A stretch of 64,000 nt of DNA from an uncultured Candidatus Binatia bacterium (GTDB lineage Bacteria > Desulfobacterota > Binatia > Binatales > Binataceae), in NCBI GenBank assembly GCA_964429575.1, contig CAYSCX010000005.1:75564-139563 (forward strand). The letters are read 5' to 3'. The translations under genes and the position numbers were made by a program. The notes under the pieces are model-generated. The model made no database searches. It saw nothing but the letters and a program-made list of their open reading frames with translations, and had not been told where the DNA came from. Shown piece by piece: positions 47,567 to 56,509 of the stretch (position 1 is the stretch's first letter; every line of letters starts with the position of its first letter).

Positions 47567-48253
47567 ATGGAATTGCGATTGCTCATCTCGGAAGCGGAGC
47601 GCGAGGTCTTCACGCGTCATCTGGACGATGCTCGCAAGACGCGCAATGCCGGCTTCGCGGAAACCAAACGTTCGCGTGTCGGCGAGGTGCATTTGCGCTA
47701 CTGCCAACTGTATGCCCTGTTCGATGAGACCAGTGAAACCCCATCGGAGATGCTCGGCGGCTTCGCGATGCATGACCTTGGCAGCCTTCCGCAGAGCTAC
47801 CCTAAACCCGATCTGACCCATCTTCCGGCTCGATCGGTTATCGAATGCGGCGAGCTTTGGTCGCGCGCCAAAGGCGCGGGCCGCGTGTCGCAGCGCGGCG
47901 CGCTGGTCTTGAGTGGCTTGCTTCAGACCCAAGCGTTGCTCGTCTACCCGATTTGCAAGCCGTGGGATCTGACCGGCGGCTACAACGGCGTCTTCGAACC
48001 GGCTTGTGAACCCGTGGCGTGGCCCTACGCGCGTACTCTCGACGGCGGAACCATTTGGGTGCAGCCGATGGTCTTGACCGGGATGCACCTGCAACAGGCC
48101 GTGCGCGTCGGGTGGGAAATGGGTTTCGAAACCGCGGATCAGCATCGCCGAATCCGCTTCGACAACCCCTTCCAACTGTCTCCGCGGCTTACGATGCCGT
48201 CACAAGAACCCGCCGCCTCGCATGACGAGGTGAACGGCGCAGCGCAGGCGTAG
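47567..48253 (+). CDS. hypothetical cytoplasmic protein (228 aa), divergently transcribed from the ImmA/XRE pair. A possible acyltransferase-like fold was not confirmed.
   Basis: ATG at 47567 preceded by GGAGGAAA at ideal spacing. It has coding-like composition, no TM helix, no signal peptide and no motif I can recognise. Confidence 0.6.
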   Translation: MELRLLISEAEREVFTRHLDDARKTRNAGFAETKRSRVGEVHLRYCQLYALFDETSETPSEMLGGFAMHDLGSLPQSYPKPDLTHLPARSVIECGELWSRAKGAGRVSQRGALVLSGLLQTQALLVYPICKPWDLTGGYNGVFEPACEPVAWPYARTLDGGTIWVQPMVLTGMHLQQAVRVGWEMGFETADQHRRIRFDNPFQLSPRLTMPSQEPAASHDEVNGAAQA

Positions 48254-48327
48254 CTTGAATGAAGATTAGGGCGTGGCGGTTCCGGGTTGCCGGCCACGCC
48301 ACGCCCTTCGATAACCGACAGATTCGT

Positions 48328-48801
48328 TTAGACGGAATTTGGATCGGGCAGAGCCGGCGCGCTGCACGGTCCAGCAGCGATGCAGCTTAGACCCGTCGCG
48401 AAGTAAATGACCGCGACCTTGAACGGGTAGGCGACATAGTTTAGCGGGGTTTCGATTGGGTCGAACCGCCGCGGTGGGCCAGGCGGCCGCTCCTCGATCC
48501 GCATAGTTGCGCCGGTGGTACCTGCTGCCGCCGCAACATCCTGAATGCTCGCGATGCGATTGTCCGGGCCAATGATCGCCGCCTTGCCGGACTTGAGCCA
48601 CACATAGCGAGTGGCACCCGCCGGGTTGGACAAGCTGTCCTTCAGGTCGGGTTGTCCCGCCGACGCGACCGCCTGGTCCGCGGTCATGCCGGTCTCGAGA
48701 GACCCGCTCGATGAGGAGCACGACGCGCCGAAAAGCGCCAGCACGGCGCCTGCCAAACTCGATACCAGCGCCCTCGCGAGCAACACCCTTGCTGCTGTCA
48801 T
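48328..48801 (-). CDS. putative lipoprotein / secreted protein
   Basis: Signal peptide with a lipobox-like …ALFGASC followed by a Ser-rich linker. The track ORF 48266..48820 on another frame was rejected. Confidence 0.5.
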   Translation of the reverse strand: MTAARVLLARALVSSLAGAVLALFGASCSSSSGSLETGMTADQAVASAGQPDLKDSLSNPAGATRYVWLKSGKAAIIGPDNRIASIQDVAAAAGTTGATMRIEERPPGPPRRFDPIETPLNYVAYPFKVAVIYFATGLSCIAAGPCSAPALPDPNSV

Positions 48802-48874
48802 CGTGCCAACGACCTAACACACGAATTCAGGCGCGGGCAACCTGCAATCGACAACTCGCTCACCACGCGCGCCA

Positions 48875-50122
48875 TTACTTCGGCGTCGATTCGGAGGTGG
48901 GAGACCCTGCGCCGGCCGCTCCGCCTTCAGGGGCGGCTGATGGTGTGGCTGTTGGCGTTGGTGGCGACAAGGGAGGCATCAGCGCGGAGCCCAACTGCGG
49001 TGGCGGCGCCGGCGACATCGGTGTCGCTTCCGATTCGGGACTCGAAAACGGGCTCAACACACCACGGACGCGCTCGTAGAGCCACAGCCCCCACCCACTG
49101 CCGCCGCCGAACACGTTTTTCATATCGTAGTAGAGGGTGGGATCGTTCACGATGAGCCCGGCGGTGCCTTGGCTTGCGTTGATCTTGTAAAGGATCTCCT
49201 TCAGATCGTTGCTTGACTGCTTGAGATTGGCCAGGACTTCGTCAGCAAGCTTCTCGTCCTCGAGGAATCGCGCCGCGAGCCCGTGCGAATTCTCGAAGCG
49301 CGTAACCAGCTTGTTCACGCGGTCCGAGGTGCTCTGGATGGCGTCAGCCGCCCGCCAAACCCGCTTCAGCAATTCCCGGCCATTGGTCTCATTGCTCAAC
49401 ATCGCGCCCACGAGACCTTCACCGCGGTTTATCTTCTCGATCAGCGCCGACATCTGAATCGAGAGCTGATTGACGCTATCGAGCGTCTTTCGGATCGACG
49501 CGATCGTGAGCTGATCCTGCTCAGAGCCGCTGGGAGCGCCGCGGATCAATTCGCCAAGGATACCCTCGCCCTTGTTGAGCGTTTCCAGGAGCGAGCGCAT
49601 GGAATTCGAAATAGCGATGAGGTTGGCAACCAGATCGTCAGTGCCCTTCTTCTGGAGCAACGTCTCGAGGTCGATCGGATCTCGCGCAGCAAGCACCTGA
49701 CCAGCTTCCGCTGCGGGCGATGCGGGTGTGCCGGGCGAGAGTTCCACAAACTTGTCGCCCAACAGCCCCATCGTGTTGATCTGGGCGACCGAGTCGGCGC
49801 GCACGCGCTCAACCGCGGAGCGCTCCACCCACATCCGTACAACTACGTAGTCAGCGGCCGGGTCCTGGGGAAAATAGATTGAATCCACAGCGCCGATCTG
49901 GACGCCCGCGAGGGAGACCGGCGCTCCCGCCTGCAGGCCGTTGATGCGCCGAAAGTGCGCTTCGATGGTTTCCGAGCGCGTCAGGAAACGCGCGCCCTGG
50001 CCGAGTGTCACTATCGCGAATGCAAGCAGCGCAAGCCCGGTCGCGATCACCAACCCCACCCGCAGCGCTGAGTATCGCGTGTCCGTCACTTTCCCGTTTC
50101 CTCCTGGTGTGCCGTCCCGCAA
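48875..50122 (-). CDS. mlaD: MlaD/Mce-family protein (outer-membrane lipid asymmetry / Mce transporter substrate-binding component) with a Pro-rich C-terminal tail
   Basis: N-terminal TM anchor followed by an Mce domain (…GLQAGAPVSLAGVQIGAV…), long coiled-coil-like repeats and a Pro/Ala/Ser-rich C-terminus. Confidence 0.8.
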   Translation of the reverse strand: MRDGTPGGNGKVTDTRYSALRVGLVIATGLALLAFAIVTLGQGARFLTRSETIEAHFRRINGLQAGAPVSLAGVQIGAVDSIYFPQDPAADYVVVRMWVERSAVERVRADSVAQINTMGLLGDKFVELSPGTPASPAAEAGQVLAARDPIDLETLLQKKGTDDLVANLIAISNSMRSLLETLNKGEGILGELIRGAPSGSEQDQLTIASIRKTLDSVNQLSIQMSALIEKINRGEGLVGAMLSNETNGRELLKRVWRAADAIQSTSDRVNKLVTRFENSHGLAARFLEDEKLADEVLANLKQSSNDLKEILYKINASQGTAGLIVNDPTLYYDMKNVFGGGSGWGLWLYERVRGVLSPFSSPESEATPMSPAPPPQLGSALMPPLSPPTPTATPSAAPEGGAAGAGSPTSESTPK

Positions 50123-50149
50123 ATTGGTTGAACAGATTGACCCGGCTTG

Positions 50150-50287
50150 GTGTCATTCTGAGCCCTTCGCCTTCTGTCATTCAGAGCGAAGCGAAGAATC
50201 CCGGATTCCGGCTCGGGGTAAACTCCGCGAGAGCCTGCCCTGAGCTTGCCGAAGGGAATCCCGGATTCCTGCTCAGCATGACAAACC
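50150..50287. repeat. structured intergenic element of nested inverted/direct repeats between mlaF and mlaD
   Basis: TGTCATTCTGAGC (50151) and TGTCATTCAGAGC (50175) are direct copies. GAATCCCGGATTCC appears twice (50196 and 50256). The terminal GCTCAGCATGACA (50270) is the inverted copy of TGTCATKCWGAGC. GAGCCCTTCGCCTTC is the inverse of GAAGCGAAG…. Confidence 0.55.
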
Positions 50288-50335
50288 TGGAATCGCGCAC
50301 AGTTAAGCGGCTTATGTGCGGAACTCAACATCCTG

Positions 50336-51085
50336 CTACAGCGCAGTCTCGACGAACTCCCGCATCAGTTCGTCGTGTGTCGCCCGGACTTCGTCTGAGC
50401 TGCCGCTGAACCGAATGCGTCCCCGGTCGAGCAGCGCAAACCGGTCGCCTACCTTGAACGCGCTCTTGAGATCGTGGGTTACCACCACGGACGTGAACCG
50501 CAACTGCCGCTGCAACCCCCGAATCATCAAGTTTATCTTGTGCGTGACGAGCGGATCCAAGCCGGTGGTGGGCTCATCGTACAGCACCGCGCGGGGCTCC
50601 AGTGCGATCGCGCGCGCAAGCGCCACGCGCTTCTTCATTCCACCTGAAAGCTCGGCTGGATAGAGCTGCTCGACGCCGCTCATCTCCACCATTTCGAGCA
50701 GCTCACGCACCCGGCGGCGCATCGCGCCTTCGTCGAGGTCACTGTGTTCGCGCAGCGGGTAGCTGATGTTCTCATACACCGTCAGAGAGTCGAAGAGGGC
50801 GCCGGACTGAAAGACCATCGAAACCTTCTTGCGCACCACGCCCAGTTCGTCCTCACTCATCAGGTTGAGGCGCTGCGCATCGACGATCACTTCTCCCGCG
50901 TCCGGGCGCTCAAGTCCGTTCAAATGGCGGAGCAGGACCGTCTTTCCCGACCCGCTCGCTCCGAGCACCACCACCGTTTCGCCCTCGATGACGTCCAGAT
51001 CGACGCCTTGCAGGACGGCCTTGCCATTGAAGCCCTTGTAGAGCCCGCGCACGGAGATAAATGGTCGTTTGCCGTTCGCAGCCAT
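50336..51085 (-). CDS. mlaF: ABC transporter ATP-binding protein (MlaF-type)
   Basis: Walker A GASGSGKT, ABC signature LSGGMKKRVALARA and Walker B LYDEPTTGLD. Its ATG at 51085 overlaps the mlaE stop (TAATG). Confidence 0.9.
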   Translation of the reverse strand: MAANGKRPFISVRGLYKGFNGKAVLQGVDLDVIEGETVVVLGASGSGKTVLLRHLNGLERPDAGEVIVDAQRLNLMSEDELGVVRKKVSMVFQSGALFDSLTVYENISYPLREHSDLDEGAMRRRVRELLEMVEMSGVEQLYPAELSGGMKKRVALARAIALEPRAVLYDEPTTGLDPLVTHKINLMIRGLQRQLRFTSVVVTHDLKSAFKVGDRFALLDRGRIRFSGSSDEVRATHDELMREFVETAL

Positions 51086-51840
51086 TACAGTGAGAGGAAG
51101 AGCTTGGTTAGAAAGAAATCGGAAATCAGCACAGTGATCGATGCCGCGACCACCGCCGAGGTAGTCGCACGCCCGACGCCGTCGGCGCCACCAGTGGCCG
51201 TGAGTCCCATATGACACGCGATGACCGCAATCTCGAAACCGAAAAAGACCGACTTGCCAAGTCCGCTCATCAAATCTTCCAGTGCGGTGTGCTGGATGAG
51301 CGATTGGTAAAAGTAATCGCCGCTGACGCCGAGCTGCGTGACAGAAATGATCAAACCGCCGAACAACCCGATCGCGTCGGCAATGATCGTCAGTACCGGA
51401 AGCATGATGACGGTTGCGAGCACGCGCGGCACCACGAGCTTCTTGACCGGGCTGGTCGCCAGCGCCCGCATCGCGTCGATTTGCTCGGTGACCTTCATCG
51501 TGCCGAGTTCAGCGGTGATTCCCGATCCGACGCGCGCGGCGACCATCAATGCGCTCAGCACCGGGCCCATCTCGCGCAACAGCGAGAGCCCCATGATGCG
51601 GCTGACGTAAATCTTTGCGCCGAAATTCGCCAGGAACTGGCCCATTTGCAGCGCCAGCACCATGCCCGAGAAAATCGCGGTCAGGTTGATGACGTTGAGC
51701 GAGCGGACGCCGACACTGTCGAGCTGAGCGACCAACAGCCGCATCTCGAATGGGCGGCGGACCAGGTACCGGAAGAACTGTCCGGTCAGCAGGCCGACTT
51801 GGCCGAGTTGGTCGAGAAACAGGTATATTCGGGGGAGCAT
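51085..51840 (-). CDS. mlaE: ABC transporter permease (MlaE-type)
   Basis: 251-aa multi-TM permease of the MlaE/YrbE family. Start is ATG at 51840 with GGGGGAG upstream. Confidence 0.85.
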   Translation of the reverse strand: MLPRIYLFLDQLGQVGLLTGQFFRYLVRRPFEMRLLVAQLDSVGVRSLNVINLTAIFSGMVLALQMGQFLANFGAKIYVSRIMGLSLLREMGPVLSALMVAARVGSGITAELGTMKVTEQIDAMRALATSPVKKLVVPRVLATVIMLPVLTIIADAIGLFGGLIISVTQLGVSGDYFYQSLIQHTALEDLMSGLGKSVFFGFEIAVIACHMGLTATGGADGVGRATTSAVVAASITVLISDFFLTKLFLSL

Positions 51841-51892
51841 TTCACCTGCGCATCACGAAGGGTAAGCGAACCTTACCGGCCCGGCAACATAG

Positions 51893-52243
51893 GTGGGCGC
51901 AAAGTCCGACGACTCATCGTTGTTCGTTTACGGCGCACTGTTGCGCGACGTGCAAGTGCGCCAACTTCTCGGCCGCGATGTCGCCTCAATGCCCGCACGT
52001 CTTGCGGGTTTTGAGCGCGGGCACGCGCGTTACTTTTTCCTTCGTGTGAGACAAGGTGCGACATCCCAGGGTCGTTTGCTGCACGGGCTCTCTCAGAGCG
52101 ACTTCGCAATCCTCGACAAGTTTGAGGGCGTGCCGCGCCTCTATACTCGCGAGCGCATCGAGGTCACCGGCGCGTCGGGCGCGCTGGTGAATTGCTGGGT
52201 GTACTTGCCAACCGGATGGGAGCGGGTCGAATCGGCGCGCTAA
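51893..52243 (+). CDS. gamma-glutamylcyclotransferase-like (AIG2/GGCT family) protein
   Basis: N-terminal LFVYGALL… (YGSL-type motif) with an Asp/Glu further down. About 115 aa. GTG start. Confidence 0.65.
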   Translation: MGAKSDDSSLFVYGALLRDVQVRQLLGRDVASMPARLAGFERGHARYFFLRVRQGATSQGRLLHGLSQSDFAILDKFEGVPRLYTRERIEVTGASGALVNCWVYLPTGWERVESAR

Positions 52244-52252
52244 CGCACGCTG

Positions 52253-53671
52253 CTACTGCTTGACTTCGGCGGGCGGTGGCTTGCTCTCGCCGCGTTTCAA
52301 TCCGAACTTGTCGAGCCGGTACTGGAGGGTCCGGTAGCTCATCCCGAGCATCTTCGCTGCTTTGGCGATCACCCAGTCGGTGCGCTCCATCGCCTGCAAG
52401 ATCAAATCGCGCTCGAAGTGCTCGAAGTTGATCCCTTCAGTGGGAATCTCGAACCGCTCGGAACGCGATCGATCACCCGCGCGCCCGATCGGCTTGCGCG
52501 CCAGCACTTCCTGGGGGAGATCGCGCGGCATGATCTTGTCGCCCTCGCACAGCAGCAGCGCGCGCTCAATGGCGGATTCGAGCTGACGCACATTGCCGGG
52601 CCACGAGTAGTCCAGCAGCACTTCCATCGCCTCGCGGCTGATTTCCTTTACGCGGCCCTCGGCGAGATGACCGTACTTGGCCAGAGCGTGGCTGGTTAGC
52701 AGCGAGATATCGCCGTGGCGTTCGCGCAGCGGGGGCAGGGTGATAGTCACCACGTTGACGCGATAGTAGAGGTCCTCGCGGAAGCGCCCCTCGGCGACCT
52801 CCTCGGCAAGGTTTCGATTGGTCGCGGCGATAAGCCGCACGTCGACGCGGAACGGCTCGTTACCGCCGAGACGGCGGACTTCGCGCTCTTGAAGTACGCG
52901 CAGGATCTTTGCCTGCAATCCGGGGCCCAGGTCCGCAATCTCGTCCAGAAAAAGCGTTGACTTGTCCGCGCTCTCGATCAGTCCGACCTTGCGCTCGTTC
53001 GCGCCGGTGAACGCGCCGCGTTCGTGGCCGAAGAGTTCGTTCTCGATGAGGCTGTCAGGGATCGCCGAGCAGTTGATCGCGACAAACGGGCGCGCCGCGC
53101 GGGGCGATAGCCGGTGAATAGCGCGCGCCACTACTTCCTTGCCGGTGCCGCTCTCGCCCTGAATCAGGACAGTCGTATTCGACGGGGCAATCTTGCGGAC
53201 GATGCGCAGCAATTCGAGCACGGTCGGGTCCTGTCCGATGACGCCCTCGATTTTCAGCTTGCCTTCCAGGCTTCGCCGCAGGAGCAGATTTTCTTCCTGC
53301 AGGCTCGCAAGCTCGGCCGCCTTTGATACCGTCATCACCAGGGTTTCGCGATCGGTCGGTTTGGTCAGGTAGTAGAAGGCGCCGTTCTTCATCGCCTGGA
53401 CGGCGCTATCGATGGTGCCGTGCGCGGTGAGCACTACCACCTGGGTGCCGGGGAACTGCGGACGAATTTTCGAGAGCAGTTCTTCGCCCGACATCCCGGG
53501 CATCATGAGGTCAGTCAGCACGACGTCGAAACGGCTCGACCCCAGCAGGTCGAGCGCGCGCTTGCCGACCGCCGCCTCTTCGACCGCGAAGCCTTCATCG
53601 CGCAGCGTGTCGGCGGTGATTTGCCGTTCGAGGTCGTTGTCTTCGACTACTAGTACGGATGTGCGGTTCAT
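52253..53671 (-). CDS. sigma-54-dependent response regulator (NtrC family: REC - AAA+ sigma54 activator - Fis-type HTH)
   Basis: REC (VLVVEDNDL…DVVLTDLMMPGMSG…K). Walker A GESGTGKE, GAFTGA motif, ESELFGHE-like ENELFGHERGAFTGA, and C-terminal HTH (…AAKMLGMSYRTLQYRL…). Confidence 0.9.
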   Translation of the reverse strand: MNRTSVLVVEDNDLERQITADTLRDEGFAVEEAAVGKRALDLLGSSRFDVVLTDLMMPGMSGEELLSKIRPQFPGTQVVVLTAHGTIDSAVQAMKNGAFYYLTKPTDRETLVMTVSKAAELASLQEENLLLRRSLEGKLKIEGVIGQDPTVLELLRIVRKIAPSNTTVLIQGESGTGKEVVARAIHRLSPRAARPFVAINCSAIPDSLIENELFGHERGAFTGANERKVGLIESADKSTLFLDEIADLGPGLQAKILRVLQEREVRRLGGNEPFRVDVRLIAATNRNLAEEVAEGRFREDLYYRVNVVTITLPPLRERHGDISLLTSHALAKYGHLAEGRVKEISREAMEVLLDYSWPGNVRQLESAIERALLLCEGDKIMPRDLPQEVLARKPIGRAGDRSRSERFEIPTEGINFEHFERDLILQAMERTDWVIAKAAKMLGMSYRTLQYRLDKFGLKRGESKPPPAEVKQ

Positions 53672-55173
53672 ACCTGCCGGCGTGGACCGTTGGATGGGAA
53701 GGAGAAGGTTACCGTGGTACCCGGACCGGTTTCGTTCCTGCCGATTGTGATTGTACCACCATGCGTTTCAACAATCGCCTTGGATAGAAACAGTCCCAGC
53801 CCGATCCCTTCGCGCTTGGTCGTGAAGAACGGCTCGAACACGTGGCTCGCGATTTCCGGATCGATACCGGGGCCGGTATCGGAGAAGCTGACCTCAAGGT
53901 TCCCATTTAGCGGTTGGATTCCAATCGTGAGCTTGCCGCCGTCGGGCATCGCCTGAATCGCGTTGGCGACTACGTTGACGAAACAGGTGCGCAGCTTTTC
54001 CGCATCGGCGTTTAGCAGCGGCGGCGCGCCGTTCAGCGGCTGGGAGACATCAATACCCTGCACCTTGAGCTTGGAGTCGGAGATCGCGAGCACGCTGTCG
54101 ATGAGCTGTCGCAGATCGGTGGGCGCAGGATGGATCTCAATCGGCCGGCCGTAGTTCAGGAAGCTCTGGATTAGTTCCGAAAGGCGGCGTACTTCGTCCT
54201 TCATGATGACCAGTTGCTGCTGGAAGCCGCCACGGTCCTGCGTCAATTGGCCGGAATATCGAGCGCGCAATTGGTCGAGCGCGAGGCTTATGAAGTTGAG
54301 CGGGTTCTTGATTTCGTGCGCCAGGCCGCCGGCGAGCTGGCCGAGCGCGGTGAAGCGCTCGAGCCGGTTCAATTCGTGTTCCCGCTCGCGAGCATGGCGG
54401 AGCTGGCTCACCATCTCATTGAAACTCCGGGTGAGCAGTCCGATTTCGTCGCGCCGGTTCGCCTCTGGAACCGGTTCCAGGCCGCGCGCTGCGATGTTCT
54501 GCGCCGCGGCCGCGACTTCGTGAATCGGCTCCACATAGCGATCCGCGAGCAGGTAGGCGAAGCCCAGACCGATCGCGAAGATCACGAACGCGACGGTGAT
54601 TTGATGCATCCGGGCTTGCTGCAGGGGCTGCGCGAACTCGGCAAAGTTGGCGACCACCCGAACATAGCCGAGCAGGTGGTCCTCGACTTTGACCGGAATC
54701 AGGTACTCGGTCGTTTCATGGAGTGGAACCACCACGCCTTGCTTGCCTTCCTCCTCGGGCAGCACAACCTGGCGCGTCACGATCGAGTCGTCGGCGGGCG
54801 GAATCACCGCGGCGCCGATCAACTTGGGGTTGGAGCTGTTGATGATGAGGTTCTGACTGGACGCGATCGATACCTCGAGTCCCTTGTTGGGCAGCTTGGC
54901 GACAAAGTCTTGCAACTGGCCGCGATCCATGCTGGTGACCGAGGTGAGTTGCTGCACGCTGATCTGGATGATGCTCGCGAGGTCCTTTACCTTCTGCTGA
55001 GTGGTGCGAACAATCGCATCTTGAGTACCCAGGCTCACCCACACCTCGGCGCCCAGAGTCAGTCCGAGCAGGACCACCATTAGAAGTATGAGCTTCGCTT
55101 TTAGATTCAGCACCGGAAGCCAGCCGCCCAGCGCGTCTCTCCACTCGCGTATCATTCTCATCGGCCGATCCAT
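53668..55173 (-). CDS. membrane sensor histidine kinase (2 TM - HAMP - HisKA - HATPase_c), partner of the NtrC-like regulator
   Basis: H-box LAGGLAHEIKNPLNFI, and N/G boxes (…NAIQAM…, …DTGPGI…, GIGLGL). The stop overlaps the regulator start (ATGA). Start is ATG at 55173 with GGGGGTGA upstream, or 55161. Confidence 0.85.
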   Translation of the reverse strand: MDRPMRMIREWRDALGGWLPVLNLKAKLILLMVVLLGLTLGAEVWVSLGTQDAIVRTTQQKVKDLASIIQISVQQLTSVTSMDRGQLQDFVAKLPNKGLEVSIASSQNLIINSSNPKLIGAAVIPPADDSIVTRQVVLPEEEGKQGVVVPLHETTEYLIPVKVEDHLLGYVRVVANFAEFAQPLQQARMHQITVAFVIFAIGLGFAYLLADRYVEPIHEVAAAAQNIAARGLEPVPEANRRDEIGLLTRSFNEMVSQLRHAREREHELNRLERFTALGQLAGGLAHEIKNPLNFISLALDQLRARYSGQLTQDRGGFQQQLVIMKDEVRRLSELIQSFLNYGRPIEIHPAPTDLRQLIDSVLAISDSKLKVQGIDVSQPLNGAPPLLNADAEKLRTCFVNVVANAIQAMPDGGKLTIGIQPLNGNLEVSFSDTGPGIDPEIASHVFEPFFTTKREGIGLGLFLSKAIVETHGGTITIGRNETGPGTTVTFSFPSNGPRRQV

Positions 55174-55344
55174 AATCGTCACCCCCGGCCGCGCGCCGAG
55201 CCTGGTGCACGCCACCAGGTATTATTCACGAACTGCCGCTCTCTATGGCGCGCATCCGAACATTCTACCAGCGTAGAAGAGCGCGACGGCCATCGCGGCC
55301 ACCAGCATCAGGCGCTCAGAGCCGGTCAGGTAGTCGGGCAAACG

Positions 55345-55785
55345 CTACTTACTCTCGGCGAACCGGGCGCGGAAAATGTCACGGATTTGATCGATCGAGA
55401 CGCCCTGGTTCGCCAGCACGCGCGCTTCGCGCGCCTCGGCAACGCAGATCGAGCAAGTCGCGCCGTGCCGGTCGCGGAAGCAGTCGAGGAGATTCTGATG
55501 TCCGTCGGTGCGGTCACATCCGCAGTAGCAATGGAGCTGCGCAAGCAGGGCGGGATCGCTCTGCGCGATTTCGTACGCTTCGCGCACCGGGCCTTGAAAA
55601 AGCCCAGGCTCGAGCGTCAGCCGCGGCGCGCTCCTGTCGTCGGCGTGCAGGCAGCATTGCTCGCCGCTTGAGGTGGCCGCCGGCGCACCGGCGTCGCGCG
55701 TGCGTGCGATTCCTGCGTAGCCGAGGGCGCCGATGGCGATTACAGCGCCGAGCCCGGCCAACCCTATGTTTCGCCGCTTCGACAT
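55345..55785 (-). CDS. membrane-anchored PCYCGC-motif protein (here HCYCGC), a putative metal-binding protein
   Basis: Start MSKRRNIGLAGLGAVIAIGALGYAG (ATG 55785) gives a TM anchor. The Cys cluster …CCLHAD…LHCYCGCDRTDGHQNLLDCF…CSIC matches the PCYCGC domain family pattern. Confidence 0.5.
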   Translation of the reverse strand: MSKRRNIGLAGLGAVIAIGALGYAGIARTRDAGAPAATSSGEQCCLHADDRSAPRLTLEPGLFQGPVREAYEIAQSDPALLAQLHCYCGCDRTDGHQNLLDCFRDRHGATCSICVAEAREARVLANQGVSIDQIRDIFRARFAESK

Positions 55786-55804
55786 GCCCAAGCTGCTCCC
55801 AACA

Positions 55805-56509
55805 TCATAGCATCTCGACCAGTTGCAGGCGGTGCTGCGCAAAACTGTACAGCGCCGCCGGCCGATGGGCGCCGCGGCGCGATGATGGTTGTTTGCGCAA
55901 TAGATTCATCGCGGCTATTCGCCGGCGAAAATTGCGCCGGTCAATCGGGCGGCCAAGTATCTTCGCGTACAGCTCCTCGAGTTCCGCGAAAGTGAACTCG
56001 CGCGGCAGCAGCGCGTAGGCGATATTGCTGTACTCCAGCTTCGACTTGAGGCGCCGAAGCGCGTACTCCGCCATCAGTGAATGATCATACGCCAGCGGCG
56101 CAAGCCTGGACACCTCGTACCATTTGCCCCCCAAGTACTTCCCGCGCGGCGCGTTGACCCGCGACGGGTCGGCGACTAGAGCCATGTACGCGACCGACAC
56201 GACGTGCGCGCGCGGATCTCGGGACGGATCGCCGAAGGTGAAGAGCTGTTCAAGATAGGTACGGTCGAGTCCAGTCGAGGCGCTTAGCTCGCGACGCGCC
56301 GCGTCATCGAGCAGCTCGCCCACCCGTACCAGTCCGCCCGGGAAAGCCCATCGCCCGCGATTCGGTCCACGGCCGAGCTGAACCAGAAAGGTTTTGAGAC
56401 GCCCGCCCTCGAGCGCGAACAGAACCGTATCGACTGCGACCTTTGGGCGCGCGTGGCGGCTGCTGAATCGCAGTCGGGCGGCTGGTAATGCTGCTGCCGC
56501 CGATGTCAC
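55805..56509 (-). CDS. nrtR: Nudix-domain protein with a C-terminal winged-helix domain, an NrtR-like (NAD metabolism) transcriptional regulator
   Basis: Nudix fold with a degenerate Nudix box (…GGLVRVGELLDDAARRELSASTGL…), followed by a basic helical C-terminus of about 90 aa. Adjacent to and co-oriented with nadA (4-nt overlap). Confidence 0.6.
   Translation of the reverse strand: MTSAAAALPAARLRFSSRHARPKVAVDTVLFALEGGRLKTFLVQLGRGPNRGRWAFPGGLVRVGELLDDAARRELSASTGLDRTYLEQLFTFGDPSRDPRAHVVSVAYMALVADPSRVNAPRGKYLGGKWYEVSRLAPLAYDHSLMAEYALRRLKSKLEYSNIAYALLPREFTFAELEELYAKILGRPIDRRNFRRRIAAMNLLRKQPSSRRGAHRPAALYSFAQHRLQLVEML

Noticed and set aside
48266-48820. 184-aa minus-strand ORF in another frame overlapping the lipoprotein gene
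   Set aside because: The alternative frame (48328..48801) has a proper signal peptide/lipobox and less biased composition. The 184-aa frame is Arg/Gly-rich.
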